Part shown: positions 34,661 through 46,046 of the stretch, piece after piece | Layout: each line of letters opens with the position of its first letter | Numbering within the stretch: position 1 is the first letter of the stretch | Assembly: GCA_963833985.1 (NCBI GenBank) | Contig: CAWIAD010000002.1 | Location: 3,424,001-3,488,000, forward strand | DNA: 64,000 bases | Direction of reading: 5' to 3' | From: an uncultured Planctomycetaceae bacterium | GTDB lineage: Bacteria > Planctomycetota > Planctomycetia > Isosphaerales > Isosphaeraceae | Position numbers and translations under genes: made by a program | The notes under the pieces: model-generated | What the model saw: the letters and a program-made list of their open reading frames with translations, nothing else | The model's database searches: none | Told to the model about the DNA's origin: nothing

Positions 34661-36646
34661 ATGTCCCTCGAGGTCAAGAGCGGTTCGATCACGAGCGTCC
34701 TTCAGGAGACCCGGGTCTTTCCCCCTCCGGCCGACTTCGCCCGCGCGGCCCACGTCTCGAGCCTCGAGGAATACCAGGCGCTCTGGAACCGGGCCAAGGA
34801 TGACCCGGAGGGTTTCTGGGGCGACCAGGCGCGGCAGCTCCTGTCGTGGTTCAAGCCCTGGGACCAGGTGATCGACTGGAAGCCGCCCTTCGCCCGCTGG
34901 TTCGTCGGCGGCCAGCTCAACGCCTCGTACAACTGCATCGACCGGCACTGCGAGGGCCCCAGCAAGAACAAGGCCGCACTCATCTGGGAGGGGGAGCCCG
35001 GTGAGCGCCGGGTGCTCCGCTACCAGGACCTGCTGCGCGAGGTCTGCAAGTTCGCCAACGTGCTCAAGAGCCTGGGCGTGGCGAGGGGCGACGTGGTGGC
35101 CATCTACATGCCGATGGTCCCCGAGCTGGTGATTGCGGCGCTGGCCTGCGCCCGCATCGGCGCACCGCACATGGTGGTCTTCGGCGGGTTCAGCGCCGAG
35201 GCCCTTGCCGGCCGGATGCAAGACTGCAAGGCCAAGGTGCTGGTGACCGCCGACGGCGGCTACCGGCGCGGCAAGATCGTGCCGCTCAAGGACGCCGCCG
35301 ACGGCGCCGCGGCACTCTGTCCGGACCTTCAGCACATGGTCGTGTTTCGCCGCACCGGGCTGGACATCCCCTGGTCGCACGGCCGCGATCACTGGTGGCA
35401 CGAGATGACCGCGATCGCCTCGGGCGTGTGCCCTCCCGAGCCCCTGGACAGCGAGCATCCCCTCTTCATCCTGTACACATCCGGTTCGACAGGCAAACCC
35501 AAGGGCATCCTCCACACGACCGGCGGTTACCTGCTGGGGACCACCCTCTCCACGCACTGGGTCTTCGACATCAAGCCGTCTGACACCTACTGGTGCACGG
35601 CCGACGTGGGCTGGGTGACCGGGCATTCCTACCTGGTCTACGGCCCACTCTCGCTGGGTGCCACCTGTGTCATGTATGAAGGGGCACCGAACTGGCCCGA
35701 TGAGGGCCGGTTCTGGCAGATCGTCGAGGATTACCAGGTGACCATCCTCTACACCGCGCCCACGGCCATCCGGGCGTTCATGAAGTGGGGCGAGCACTTC
35801 CCCCGCCGGCACGACCTGTCCAGCTTGCGTCTGCTGGGCACGGTGGGCGAACCGATCAACCCCGAAGCGTGGATGTGGTACTACCGGGTCATCGGCGGCG
35901 GCAAGTGCCCGATCGTGGATACCTGGTGGCAGACGGAGACCGGGGCGATCATGATCTCCCCGCTCCCGGGTGCAACGCCCGCGGTCCCCGGCTCGGCCAC
36001 GCGGCCCTTGCCGGGGATCATCCCGGAGATCGTCACCAAGGACGGCCAGCCCGTGGGACCGAACCAGGGCGGCTTTCTGGTCATCAAGCAGCCCTGGCCG
36101 TCCATGCTGCGGACGCTCTACGGAGACGACAATCGCTACAAGGCGCAGTACTGGAGCGACATCCCGGGGGTCTACTTCACCGGCGACGGTGCGCGGTGCG
36201 ACGAGCATGGCAATTACTGGATCATGGGCCGCGTCGACGATGTGCTCAACGTCGCCGGCCACCGGCTCTCGACGATGGAAGTCGAGAGTGCCCTGGTCAG
36301 CCATCGGGCCGTGGCCGAGGCCGCCGTGGTGGGCAAGCCCGACGACATGAGAGGGCAGGCGATCTCGGCGTTCGTCACCCTGGAATCAGGCTTCGCGCCC
36401 AGCGAGGCCCTCCGCAAGGAACTGCGCGACCACGTCGTCAAGGAGATCGGTGCGCTCGCCCGCCCGGACGACATCCACTTCACCGATGCGCTGCCCAAGA
36501 CCCGCAGCGGCAAGATCATGAGACGCCTGCTGCGGGACATCGCGGCCGGCGTGGAGAGCGGCGGGGACACCTCGACGCTCGAGGACCTCAGCGTGATGGT
36601 GCAGCTGCGCCGCCACGAACAGCAGAAGGCCGCCGAGGAGGAATAG
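34661..36646 (+). CDS. acs: Acetyl-CoA synthetase
   Basis: [48 protein letters not shown]. Confidence 0.97.
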   Translation: MSLEVKSGSITSVLQETRVFPPPADFARAAHVSSLEEYQALWNRAKDDPEGFWGDQARQLLSWFKPWDQVIDWKPPFARWFVGGQLNASYNCIDRHCEGPSKNKAALIWEGEPGERRVLRYQDLLREVCKFANVLKSLGVARGDVVAIYMPMVPELVIAALACARIGAPHMVVFGGFSAEALAGRMQDCKAKVLVTADGGYRRGKIVPLKDAADGAAALCPDLQHMVVFRRTGLDIPWSHGRDHWWHEMTAIASGVCPPEPLDSEHPLFILYTSGSTGKPKGILHTTGGYLLGTTLSTHWVFDIKPSDTYWCTADVGWVTGHSYLVYGPLSLGATCVMYEGAPNWPDEGRFWQIVEDYQVTILYTAPTAIRAFMKWGEHFPRRHDLSSLRLLGTVGEPINPEAWMWYYRVIGGGKCPIVDTWWQTETGAIMISPLPGATPAVPGSATRPLPGIIPEIVTKDGQPVGPNQGGFLVIKQPWPSMLRTLYGDDNRYKAQYWSDIPGVYFTGDGARCDEHGNYWIMGRVDDVLNVAGHRLSTMEVESALVSHRAVAEAAVVGKPDDMRGQAISAFVTLESGFAPSEALRKELRDHVVKEIGALARPDDIHFTDALPKTRSGKIMRRLLRDIAAGVESGGDTSTLEDLSVMVQLRRHEQQKAAEEE

Positions 36647-36709
36647 GCCCCGATCCGGCAAAAGCAAGAAACGCGATCAGAGACGACAACGCACCAAAGG
36701 TGCATCAGG

Positions 36710-37030
36710 TCAGATCGGGTACAGGTTCTTGAGCTTCTTGCGAGCCTCCGCGCTGCCTTTGGACGCTTTGATGAGCGGAAAGGTTTGCATCTTGCCGTCG
36801 ACCTCGAGCCTGAGCTCGCCGCCACGGATGACGGAAGTGGCCACGCGGACGTAGCGCGTCTGACCGTTGGGCAGCCAGACGTGGATGCGCTGGAGGTTGG
36901 GCTTGAAGGTGCGCCGGCTGATGCCGGTCGTCTTCTTGCCGACGCCGCCCAGGTACTTGGCCTTGCCACGCTCGGTCTTGTGGTTGCCGAACGTGGTCTT
37001 CTTGCCGCTGACTTCACATTCACGACCCAT
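36710..37030 (-). CDS. rpmB: 50S ribosomal protein bL28
   Basis: MGRECEVSGKKTTFGN...GISRRTFKPNLQ, with a RGKAKYLGGVG insert. Confidence 0.92.
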   Translation of the reverse strand: MGRECEVSGKKTTFGNHKTERGKAKYLGGVGKKTTGISRRTFKPNLQRIHVWLPNGQTRYVRVATSVIRGGELRLEVDGKMQTFPLIKASKGSAEARKKLKNLYPI

Positions 37031-37117
37031 GGAAATCTCCTCGCTCGCGACCGCGCGATCCGCCACGGATCGTCTTCCGCCGGCTCGATGCCCGCGCTGT
37101 CGTGCAATCGGTCAAAC

Positions 37118-37324
37118 TTATTTCTTGGCTTTCTCTTTGGCCATCGGATTATGCGGCTTGCTGCGTTGCACGTTGCCGCATTCTTCGACCAGCTCGCACA
37201 CCTTGTGAGGCGGCACGGCGAGCTTGCACTGCGGGCAAACATTCAGGGCAGGAGCGATCAGAAAATCGTGACTCCTTCGTTTCCCTTTTGCTGATATTGA
37301 CTTACGTCGCTTTGGTACGGCCAC
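37118..37324 (-). CDS. rpmF: 50S ribosomal protein bL32
   Basis: MAVPKRRKS...RRSH...CPQC...PHKVC...CG. Confidence 0.93.
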   Translation of the reverse strand: MAVPKRRKSISAKGKRRSHDFLIAPALNVCPQCKLAVPPHKVCELVEECGNVQRSKPHNPMAKEKAKK

Positions 37325-37503
37325 GAACGGATTCTCCGAACGGAAATCTCTGGTCTTCCTTGGGTCGAAAAATACTATTATCCGATTCTTTGCCTTGCTT
37401 TCAAGACAGACCCGAGCGAGGCATGGCCATCCTCATCGTCCATCGGGCCATTGACCATGCCACGCCACCCGAGCCCTGGCGGTCCAGGCGGACGACCCGT
37501 TTA

Positions 37504-39016
37504 CTATGCGCCAGACCGGGGCTGCGAGGACTCGGCGGCAAGCGGACTTGGCTCGTCGTCGGATGCCACGGCCAGGTGTGGCTGGGGTTCGAACTGGGCC
37601 AGGTTGGCAAGTGACGCCCGCGCAGCGACTGGAAGGCTGCGCTGGGTCAGCTCGATGACCGCGGCGAGAGTCCAGAGACCGACCGGAAGCGTCGCGTAGT
37701 GGGCGTAGCTGTCGGCCGCGGGCAAGACCCATCCGGCGGGTGGCAGCAGCAAGATCAGGGGATACACGAAGCCGGCCAGCAGCGAGGCCGCGCCGGCGGC
37801 CATGGCGAGGGCAGCGACCAGGTGGCCGGCCTGCTCTTCGAGGAGCCGCCTGAAACCCCACAGGACCTCGGCCATGGAGCCGCGGCTCCAGGCCACAACG
37901 CCGACAAGCCCGATCAACACGAGTGCCGCACCCTGGAAGTCCACCAGGCCCCACCCGAGCTGCCAGCGGATGTACTGGCCGCTTGCTCCCGCTCCAATCC
38001 ATGTGGGCAGGTGCTGCAAGGACAGAAACACGAGGGTGACCAGGTAACGCGCGGGCAAGGCCACCACGCAGGCGAGCATTGACGCGGGCATCAGCTCCAG
38101 TGCCGGGCCGGGATGGAACCGCTCCTCGCCGAGCCGGTCAAAGCCGGCGTTCCGCAACTCGCAGAGGACCCAGGCCAGCAGGTAGCCGTCGCAGATCAGC
38201 ATGATGAGCGGAACGACCAGCGCCTCGACGACGAGGCATCCGCCGAGCGGTAGATCCATGCTGCCGGAGGCGCGGGCGACCAGACGGTAGAGGATGTACA
38301 GGGAGCCGCAGCCCCAGATGACCGTTGACCAGCCGGACCCGCGCTCCTGGCCGAACCTCGAGCTGGCCGTCGCCCGCTCTCCGGCCACATGCCCGATGGC
38401 CGGATCAGCGGGCGGCAACATGCCCGAAGACGCCCGAAACACCAGGTACACGGCGCACAAGAGGAGCGGCAGGTTGTCGGCCAGGCCCGCCACGTCGCGA
38501 AGCGGCGTCAAACCCGCAAAAACGCCCTGCTCGATCGCGAGCTCCAGCCGCTCGCGGGAGCGCGAAAGCAGCAAGAGATCGGCTCGACCCCTGTCGGCCC
38601 TGGCCGCCAGAAAACCAAGGGCCTGGCTGCCAGTCCAGGCAAGCACCGTGAAGGTAATCAGTGTGGAGACCAGCCGCCCCGCGCCAGACGCGGCGGGTGG
38701 CTTGCCGGAGGAGCCTCAGGTGGCCGGGGATGTCGACCAGTTGCCCGAGGGCGCGGCGGGGACCTTGCAGCACGATGGCCAGGAGCAAGAGCGTGCCCAG
38801 CGCGGCCAGCAACACCCACAATCCATCCATGGACGGCAGCATTTCGGGTGAGCTCAGGGTCAATCCCGAGCACCAGCGGCGTAGCGCCAGCGACGCCATC
38901 GCGGCCGGGTTGCCGGCACTCGGGGCCGCACCCGCCGCGCCGGCCGCCCCTGCGGCCTGGCCCGAGGTCGGCCCCGCGGCCTGAGCCCATAACCATGGCA
39001 TCGTCCAGGTGTCCAT
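37504..39016 (-). CDS. Multi-pass membrane hypothetical protein (frameshift near 38680)
   Basis: ORFs 38405..39016 and 37504..38646 join into one hydrophobic reading frame. Confidence 0.65.
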
Positions 39017-39694
39017 GACCTATCCTGTTCTCAGGAACCGAAACCGCGCGGCTCTGTCACCGCCTGGCACGCCGCTGGATGTCTCGTTGGTCCGGTAAAG
39101 ACAATCTACCGCCCGGAGTCCGAAACCTCTGACGATTGTACTCGGCTCGGACAGACGGGACCAGAGAGTGCCCCCGCTTGCTCAATTTCGGCTTTGCCTG
39201 GACCCGACGGCCAGACCACCCCGGACCAGCAGACGTCAAGGAATACAACTTCAGGGAAGATGTCTTCTTAATCTTCCAGCAATGTTAGACAATCAGCCAA
39301 TCTGGGCGGAACGCGCGTTTTTCTCTGGTCTTTTCTTCCGGGAAAGGGAGCGATAAGACAGAATTCATTTCCGTGATCCGGTAGAATTCTCCATACTGGA
39401 TGAGTTCCGCCCGTGGCTTCCCTGCGCCACATTGTTTCGGGTGCACGGTTGGTTGCCAAGGCCCAGGGCTCGTTGCAGTCGGCTTATTAAGGTTGTTTCA
39501 GGATGCCCGGAGCCTTGATACGGGGCCTCTGGCGGAGGATCCGGCAAGCGGGCTATTTCCTGTGATTCGAGAGGACGGGCTGGATCGGCCCCTGGCCACC
39601 GAAAGTAATGGCGTCCGCGCGCTGGGGTCTCCCTGGCTATCGACATGATTTCCTGCCTCGAACCCTGTCCGAAACCGATTGGGTGCGAATCTCA

Positions 39695-40141
39695 ATGGCT
39701 TCGTCTCAAAACAGCTTGAATGAACTTTCGTTGCTGATGGAATTGCGCCTGGCTTTTGGCCCGGGCACGCGACTGTGGGCGTACACTTCCCGTGAAGAGC
39801 TCTGTTACGACTGGCTTCATTTCAAATCGCGACGTGCCCAGCCGAGTTTTCGCGAATTCGCACTGGGGCTCTACGCACAGGAGAAGGAGCACGCCTTACC
39901 CTGTGCCAGCTCGGTGGCGATGCTGAGACGGATTGCAGCGGTGCTCAGGACGTATCGGATCCGGAGGCAGGAGGCCGGTCCCCAGGGGCCTTCCCGGACC
40001 GCGCACACCAGCCATGGCGCCAAGCCGCACGGTCCCTCCTGCCCACCCTCGATCCCTCCCACGGGAGTGACCACTGCCACGCTCCCGTCCGCGGACGCCG
40101 ATCGTCAGGTGGTGGCGCAGCGCGGCCGGTCGGGACAATAG
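39695..40141 (+). CDS. Hypothetical protein
   Basis: ORF with a plausibly globular N-terminal half in an otherwise empty region; no motif recognised. Confidence 0.4.
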   Translation: MASSQNSLNELSLLMELRLAFGPGTRLWAYTSREELCYDWLHFKSRRAQPSFREFALGLYAQEKEHALPCASSVAMLRRIAAVLRTYRIRRQEAGPQGPSRTAHTSHGAKPHGPSCPPSIPPTGVTTATLPSADADRQVVAQRGRSGQ

Positions 40142-40231
40142 CCGTTCGCCAGGCGGCCGCGAGGGCGGAAGACCGTCCGGGTGCTCTGCTCGCGGAGCGC
40201 GCATCCCACCCGGATCGGCATGGACGGGACG

Positions 40232-42310
40232 TCACCGCGACCAGTGGGCGATCCGCCGCACGCTGGGCCGGTAGGCGGCGGGTCGGCTGCGCGCCTGGGA
40301 GAACGTCCGACGGCCCTTGAGGTCGCGCATGGCGACGAGGCAGCCGGCAACCGCCACGGCGGTCGCGAAGGCGAGCCGCGGAGTGGAGCCTTCCCGTGGC
40401 TCTTGCTCATCTGGCGAGGCCTCCCGCACGAGGGGAGCGGCCGGCGGCGGGAGCTCGGCCGCCAGACCAGTCTCCGTCGTCCTGCCGCCTGGAGAATTCT
40501 TCAAGATGGTGGCAGGCACAAGCGAGGGGGCGCCTGGCAACATGACCGTCGCCGCGCCCGGCAGTCGCGGCGCTGCGGCCTTGTTCGGCACGATGGCCGG
40601 CAGCGGACCGCCTCCCATGGGCTCGACGACGTCGATCAGGTCGGCCACCACGGTCCCGGAGCTGAACCGGCTGAACCGGGAATACAGGCTGTCCACAATC
40701 ATCGGTTGGCCAACGGTGCTGGTGGTGCCCGTCGTATCCGACGGCAGGTTGACCATCGCCGGCGTCTCGAACTGGATGGGGTGCGCGGTGGATGCGAACG
40801 GCGAGTGCGCGAGGGTCGTGTTCGGGACGATGGCGATGATCGTTGTCGGGCCCACCGGGATGACGACGATGGTGACGGCCGGGAACGGAACCGGGAAGAT
40901 CGACGACGTGCTGCTCGTCGCGCTGGAACTCGCCGCCGGGCCGCTGGTGCTCGAGGTCTGGTCCAGGTGCGACACGGTCAGGCCTTGCAGCGAGCCCGCC
41001 GGCACGGGCGGCAACGTCAGCAGCGTGCCGTCATGGACTCCCTGGCTGGCCAGGAGCCCGGAGATGATGCCGCCGGCCACCGGTGTTCCCAGGCCGCCGG
41101 GGAGATGAACGCCAGACCCGATGATCGAACTGCTGCTGGAGGCCCCTGCCACGGTGTGGAAGGCGGAGGGAGGCAGGGCGTAAAGGGCAGCCTGGGCGTT
41201 GTGCAGTGCGCCGACGCCCGCGAGGGCCAGGCCCTGGTCGGCCACGGCAATCAGCCCTGCCCACTGGGGTGCCGCGGCGCTCGTGCCGCCCACGGAGAAC
41301 CATCCGGACTGGCCGTTGTCGCGCACGGAGTCGAACACCGAGAGCCCCGTCGCGGGGGCGCCCACCGCGGACACGTCAGGGACGCTGCGCGTGCCAGTAC
41401 CGGAGCCGGCAAGGGCCTGGACAGTGGCCTGGTACGCCGGCGCCGGCTCGTAACGGCTGGAACCGCTGGTGCTGCCCGTCCAGGCGGACTGGCCCGCGGC
41501 ACTCGATCCGCCGCCCGGCGCCAGCGCCGTGGCACCCACCGAGAGCACGTTCGGAGACGACCCGGGGTACGAGAGCCCGGTCCCCGCGCCGCTGTCGCCG
41601 GCAGCGGCGACAAACGTGATTCCGCCGGGCAGTTCGTTACCGCCGATGTGCCCGGCCGGAGTGGTGAACAGGCTGTCGAGCGAGGTCTCGCCCGGGAACT
41701 CGCTGGTGCCCCAGCTCATGGAAACGGCCACCACCCCGCTGGTCGACCGCGCGACGTTAACCGCGCTGGCGAGATCAGCCAGGCTGGCCGATGGCGCCTC
41801 GACCAGGAGCAGGTTGGCAGCCGGAGCCATCGCGTGCGCCCATTCGACATCGAGCGCCGTTTCCAGCGACCAGCCGGGATCGGTCGCCGTTCCCGGCACG
41901 CTGTACGTCGTCAAGGAGGGCGGGGCGGGCAGGCCGTAGGTGCTGTCGAACCGGGCGAGGTCGCTGGCAATGTTGGGATCGTCGTAGGCCACGACCAGGG
42001 CGATGGTCTGCCCGGCACCGTTGCCGGCGACGGCCCCGTTCTGGAAAGTGACCTGGTTGACCCCGTAGGCGTGCTGAACCTGGCTGGGGGAGAGGCCCGT
42101 CGGGTACAGGCTGGAAAACTCAGGCGTGGGGTTGGAGGCCACGCTCGGCTGTGCCATCACGTGGCTGGGATCGAGCCCCGCCAGCGAGAGTAACTGCCTG
42201 GTCTCCAGCCACTCGAGTCTGAGCAGGACCTGCCTGCGGAGGGTTCTCCGGCCGGTTGCCGGGAAACGAGAACGAGTACGCACGCGAGAGGCGAATGGGA
42301 AATGGCTCAC
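40232..42310 (-). CDS. S53 (sedolisin/kumamolisin-like) peptidase with planctomycete LEPRxLL-type N-terminal motif (start uncertain)
   Basis: LRLEWLETRQLLS, ETALDVEWAHAMAP, AAAGDSG, PDVSA, GGTSAAAP. Confidence 0.85.
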   Translation of the reverse strand: MSHFPFASRVRTRSRFPATGRRTLRRQVLLRLEWLETRQLLSLAGLDPSHVMAQPSVASNPTPEFSSLYPTGLSPSQVQHAYGVNQVTFQNGAVAGNGAGQTIALVVAYDDPNIASDLARFDSTYGLPAPPSLTTYSVPGTATDPGWSLETALDVEWAHAMAPAANLLLVEAPSASLADLASAVNVARSTSGVVAVSMSWGTSEFPGETSLDSLFTTPAGHIGGNELPGGITFVAAAGDSGAGTGLSYPGSSPNVLSVGATALAPGGGSSAAGQSAWTGSTSGSSRYEPAPAYQATVQALAGSGTGTRSVPDVSAVGAPATGLSVFDSVRDNGQSGWFSVGGTSAAAPQWAGLIAVADQGLALAGVGALHNAQAALYALPPSAFHTVAGASSSSSIIGSGVHLPGGLGTPVAGGIISGLLASQGVHDGTLLTLPPVPAGSLQGLTVSHLDQTSSTSGPAASSSATSSTSSIFPVPFPAVTIVVIPVGPTTIIAIVPNTTLAHSPFASTAHPIQFETPAMVNLPSDTTGTTSTVGQPMIVDSLYSRFSRFSSGTVVADLIDVVEPMGGGPLPAIVPNKAAAPRLPGAATVMLPGAPSLVPATILKNSPGGRTTETGLAAELPPPAAPLVREASPDEQEPREGSTPRLAFATAVAVAGCLVAMRDLKGRRTFSQARSRPAAYRPSVRRIAHWSR

Positions 42311-42555
42311 CTGCGAACCTCGGTGTTGTAGGTGCAAGATGCTTCGGTGTGGGAATGATGACCGTGCCAGTTTAGACGAAGCAGCCGTTTCGATGAAAGG
42401 AAAAACAGGCAAGTTCCGCGCGGCTCGCCGGCCCGCCTGTCGCGGTCGTGACGTCCGGAGATGTGAGAAGCCGGCCCGATCTGGTATGGTGGTGGCGTGT
42501 CCCGATTTCCGGATCCCTTTCCGGACCAACGTTCACCACGAGACCTGGCAGACTC

Positions 42556-43098
42556 ATGATTCACCCCTGGCACGACGTCACTCCGGGGCACCGCTTGCCA
42601 CAGGAGTTCATCGCGCTCGTCGAGATTCCCATGGGGTCAAGCATCAAGTACGAGCTGGACAAGAAGACGGGCTTGCTGCGGCTTGACAGGGTGCTCTACT
42701 CGGCGGTGTACTACCCGGCCAATTACGGGTTCATCCCCCAGACCTATGCCGAGGACGATGACCCGCTCGACGTCCTGGTACTTTGCCAGGAGCCGCTCTA
42801 TCCGTTGACGCTCGTCACGGCGCGCGTGATCGGGCTTATGACCATGGTCGATTGCGGCAAGCACGATCACAAGATCCTAGCGGTCGCGGTGGACGATCCC
42901 GAGTTCAACAGCTTCAAGGAGGCCGCGGAACTTCCGGCGCACCGGCTGATGATGCTCCGCCGGTTCTTCCAGGATTACAAGATGCTCGAGGGCAAGTCCG
43001 TCGAGGTCGACGAGATCCAGCCCGCCGAGAAAGCCATGCCCATCATCCAGGATGCCCTCCAGCGGTACAGCGAGATCCGGCGGCGGGGGTTCCACTGA
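42556..43098 (+). CDS. ppa: Inorganic pyrophosphatase (family I)
   Basis: HPWHD, KYELDK, YPANYGFIPQT, DDDPLDVLV, FFQDYK. Confidence 0.95.
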   Translation: MIHPWHDVTPGHRLPQEFIALVEIPMGSSIKYELDKKTGLLRLDRVLYSAVYYPANYGFIPQTYAEDDDPLDVLVLCQEPLYPLTLVTARVIGLMTMVDCGKHDHKILAVAVDDPEFNSFKEAAELPAHRLMMLRRFFQDYKMLEGKSVEVDEIQPAEKAMPIIQDALQRYSEIRRRGFH

Positions 43099-43099
43099 G

Positions 43100-44094
43100 A
43101 TGAGCACGGAGTTAGCAGCCATGCACGCGACGACGGTGCCTGCCAGTGAAGTTGTCAGGCCCTCCGGCAAGCCGCTCCGCGCCGTGGTGATCGGCGGCTC
43201 GGGACAGCTTGGCGGCTGGCTCATGAGGATCCTTCAGGAGCGCGGGCATACGGCCGCTGGAACGTTCGCCACGGTGCCGTTTCCCGGCCTGGTTCCGCTC
43301 GATGCCGGTGACCTCGAGACCGCGGCCGGGTGGGTTCACGCGCAGCGCCCGACGTCGTCTTTTACCCGGCCGGTTTCACCTGGGTGGATGGCTGCGAGCA
43401 GGATCCGGCCAGAGCGTATGCAGCGAACCTGGAGCAGCCGCTGAACCTGGCCAGGGCGGCCGCGGCAACGGGCGCCCGGTTCATCTACTTCTCCACGGAT
43501 TACGTCTTCGACGGCATCTCCGGCCCGTACTCCGAGGAGTCGGCAACTCACCCGCTGTCGGTGTATGGAAAGGCCAAGTACGACGCCGAGCGGGCGCTTG
43601 CCGGCGAGCTGGGCGACGGCCAGCTCACCATCCGCACCTCCTGGGTGTTCGGCCCCGAGCGGCAGGGCAAGAACTTCGCGTACCAGTTGCTGCGCAACCT
43701 GGCGCAGGGCAAGCCCACGGTGTGCCCCTCCGACCAGGTCTCCAGCCCCAGCTACGGCCCGGATGTGGCACGGGCAGCGGTGCTGCTCACGGAAAACGGG
43801 ACGAGCGGGTTGATCCACGTGGTCGGCCCCGAGGTCATGGGCCGGGTTGAGTTCGCGCACGCCATCGCGGCAGCCTTCGGGTACGACGGCCGGCTCATCG
43901 TGCCAAGGTCGACCGCGGAGCTGAACCAGGGGGCTCCCAGGCCGCTTTACGGCGGGCTGCTCACCAATCGCCTTGCCGCGGCGCACCCCGGGACCATGAG
44001 GCCTCTTTCCGAGGTGCTGCAAGACTTCCGCGGCATCCTGACTGATCCCGGGTTCGGCTCATGGGTGCAACCGGTCCCGGGATTTCCGGCGTGA
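43100..44094 (+). CDS. dTDP-4-dehydrorhamnose reductase-like SDR (RmlD family; frameshift near 43350)
   Basis: GGSGQLG, TWVDGCE, STDYVFDG, YGKAK, DQVSSP. Confidence 0.85.
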
Positions 44095-44144
44095 CCGAAG
44101 AACAGGCATGAGCGGCGGCGCTCGCCGGTCGGAGGATCGAGGAC

Positions 44145-45299
44145 TTGGACGCCAAGGTGCTTCGTGTCCCCGAAGACGGGGGGCGCCCTCAACCCGGAGA
44201 ACCGATCGGGCCACAGAAAGACGTGGACGCCCCGGCACCGATCCTGCGTCGCGCGGCCAGCCAGGTGAGCCTGCGTAACCTGACCTTCGTGCTCCTGATC
44301 GCCGCCACCAGCCTGTACCTGCTGGAGCGGCTGGAGCCCGTGTTGCGGCCCCTGCTCATCGCCGTACTGCTCTCTTACCTGTTCCTGCCCGTCTACACCT
44401 ACCTGCGCCGGTCCATGCGGCCGGTCTTCTCGTTCCTGATCATCGTGGTGGCCATCACGCTCGGGCTCCAGGGGCTGGCGCGCATGGTCTACCGGGACGT
44501 CATCGTGATCGATCACAACCTGCCGCGCTACATGACCCGGGTGGGAGAGCTGGAGGAGCGGGTGCGGGAGCTCTCCAAGTCCATCGTGCCCCGGTTTCAG
44601 AAGCAAAGGACCGGCGACTCCAGCGCAGGGTCCGACGACCTGCTCGCCAGCGAACTCTCCCAGCGGGTGGTCCGGGGTGCGGCGTCGGCGTTCCTGACGG
44701 TCTGCCTCGAATCGATCGTGGTGGCGTTTTACATGATCTTCCTGCTGCAATCGGCGTCGCGGCTGCCGGACCGGATTCGCTCGAGCTTCTCGCCGGACCG
44801 GGCGTCCGGAATCCTCCAGGTCACGCAGTCGATCAACAAGGCGATCTCGGAATACCTGGTGGTGAAGGTGAAGGCCAGTCTGCTGGTCGGCATACCCGTT
44901 GGCCTGGCCTGCTGGGGCTTCGGCGTCACCGGCGCGGTGACCTGGGGGGTGATCACGTTCTTCGGCAACTTCCTCCCGTACGTCGGGGCGCTGGTGGCCA
45001 TCGTGCCACCGCTGGTCCTGGCGTTCCTGGAGTTCCCCACGTTCGTGCCTCCCCTGCTGTTTGCCCTGGTCCTGCTGTGCATTCACGGCGTCACGGCGAA
45101 CCTGATCGAGCCGGCGATGACCGGCAAGGCGCTCGGCTTGAGCCCGCTGGTCGTGCTCGTGGGCCTGGCATTCTGGAGCCTGCTCTGGGGTTTCGTGGGC
45201 ATGGTGCTGGCCGTGCCGCTGACAGTCATCTTCAAGATCATCCTGGAGCACACCCCGGCCACCCGGCCGCTGGCCCGGCTGATCTCGGACGACCAGTGA
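44145..45299 (+). CDS. AI-2E family transporter
   Basis: Multi-TM; NFLPYVG, NLIEP, LSPLVVL, LWGFVGMVLAVPL. Confidence 0.9.
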   Translation: MDAKVLRVPEDGGRPQPGEPIGPQKDVDAPAPILRRAASQVSLRNLTFVLLIAATSLYLLERLEPVLRPLLIAVLLSYLFLPVYTYLRRSMRPVFSFLIIVVAITLGLQGLARMVYRDVIVIDHNLPRYMTRVGELEERVRELSKSIVPRFQKQRTGDSSAGSDDLLASELSQRVVRGAASAFLTVCLESIVVAFYMIFLLQSASRLPDRIRSSFSPDRASGILQVTQSINKAISEYLVVKVKASLLVGIPVGLACWGFGVTGAVTWGVITFFGNFLPYVGALVAIVPPLVLAFLEFPTFVPPLLFALVLLCIHGVTANLIEPAMTGKALGLSPLVVLVGLAFWSLLWGFVGMVLAVPLTVIFKIILEHTPATRPLARLISDDQ

Positions 45300-45308
45300 C
45301 GGCAGGTC

Positions 45309-46007
45309 TCAGCCCCGGACCGGCGCGGGCTCGCGGGCGGCTTGCCCGTTCACCAGCAGGCCATCCTCGAGCTCGAAGAGCAGATCGCCCGCGCGGATGT
45401 ACCGTCGATCGTGGGTGACGACGATCAGCGTGCACCCGCGCTCCTGCTGGTGGTGGCGAAGGATCTGGAAGATCTCATCACCGGCCCTGGAATCGAGCTC
45501 GCCGGTCGGCTCGTCCGCAAGGATGAGGAGCGGGTCCTTCACCAGCGCCCGGGCGATCGCCACGCGCTGCTGCTGGCCGCCGGAGAGCTGCGCGGGCCGG
45601 TGCTTGAGCCGGTTCCCCAGCCCGACGTCGCCCAGCAGCTGGATGGCTTTCTCACGCCATTCCGCCCAGTTCGTACCCGGCAAGATCGGGATCAGCACGT
45701 TATCCAGGGCCGACAGGTTGCCGATGAGGTTGAACGCCTGGAAGACGAACCCGACTTGGTCGTGCCGGAACTCGTCCTGCTCGTTTTCCGTCATCGCCGC
45801 GAGGTCGCGGTTGCCGATGAGGACCTGGCCCGAGGTCGGCCGGTCCAGAGCGCCCAGCAAGGTCAGCAGCGTGCTCTTGCCGGAGCCCGAGGGACCGACG
45901 ATGAACGCACAGGAGCCCTGGGGCACTTGAAATGTCACGCCCCGAAGTGCCTCGACCCGGTTTTCGCCCGTGAGATACGTCTTGGCAACATTGATGACCT
46001 CGACCAT
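45309..46007 (-). CDS. ABC transporter ATP-binding protein (LolD/MacB type)
   Basis: GPSGSGKST, LSGGQQQRVAIARAL, LADEPTG, VTHD. Confidence 0.93.
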   Translation of the reverse strand: MVEVINVAKTYLTGENRVEALRGVTFQVPQGSCAFIVGPSGSGKSTLLTLLGALDRPTSGQVLIGNRDLAAMTENEQDEFRHDQVGFVFQAFNLIGNLSALDNVLIPILPGTNWAEWREKAIQLLGDVGLGNRLKHRPAQLSGGQQQRVAIARALVKDPLLILADEPTGELDSRAGDEIFQILRHHQQERGCTLIVVTHDRRYIRAGDLLFELEDGLLVNGQAAREPAPVRG

Positions 46008-46046
46008 GGAACCACTCCTCCGGAAATTCAAAAAGGTCCTCGCCGG

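Noticed and set aside
39020..39690. Possible ncRNA in long, lower-GC intergenic regions (also 8760-9160, 22845-23185, 54510-55230)
   Set aside because: No tRNA, rRNA or riboswitch signature recognised by eye; most likely promoter regions.
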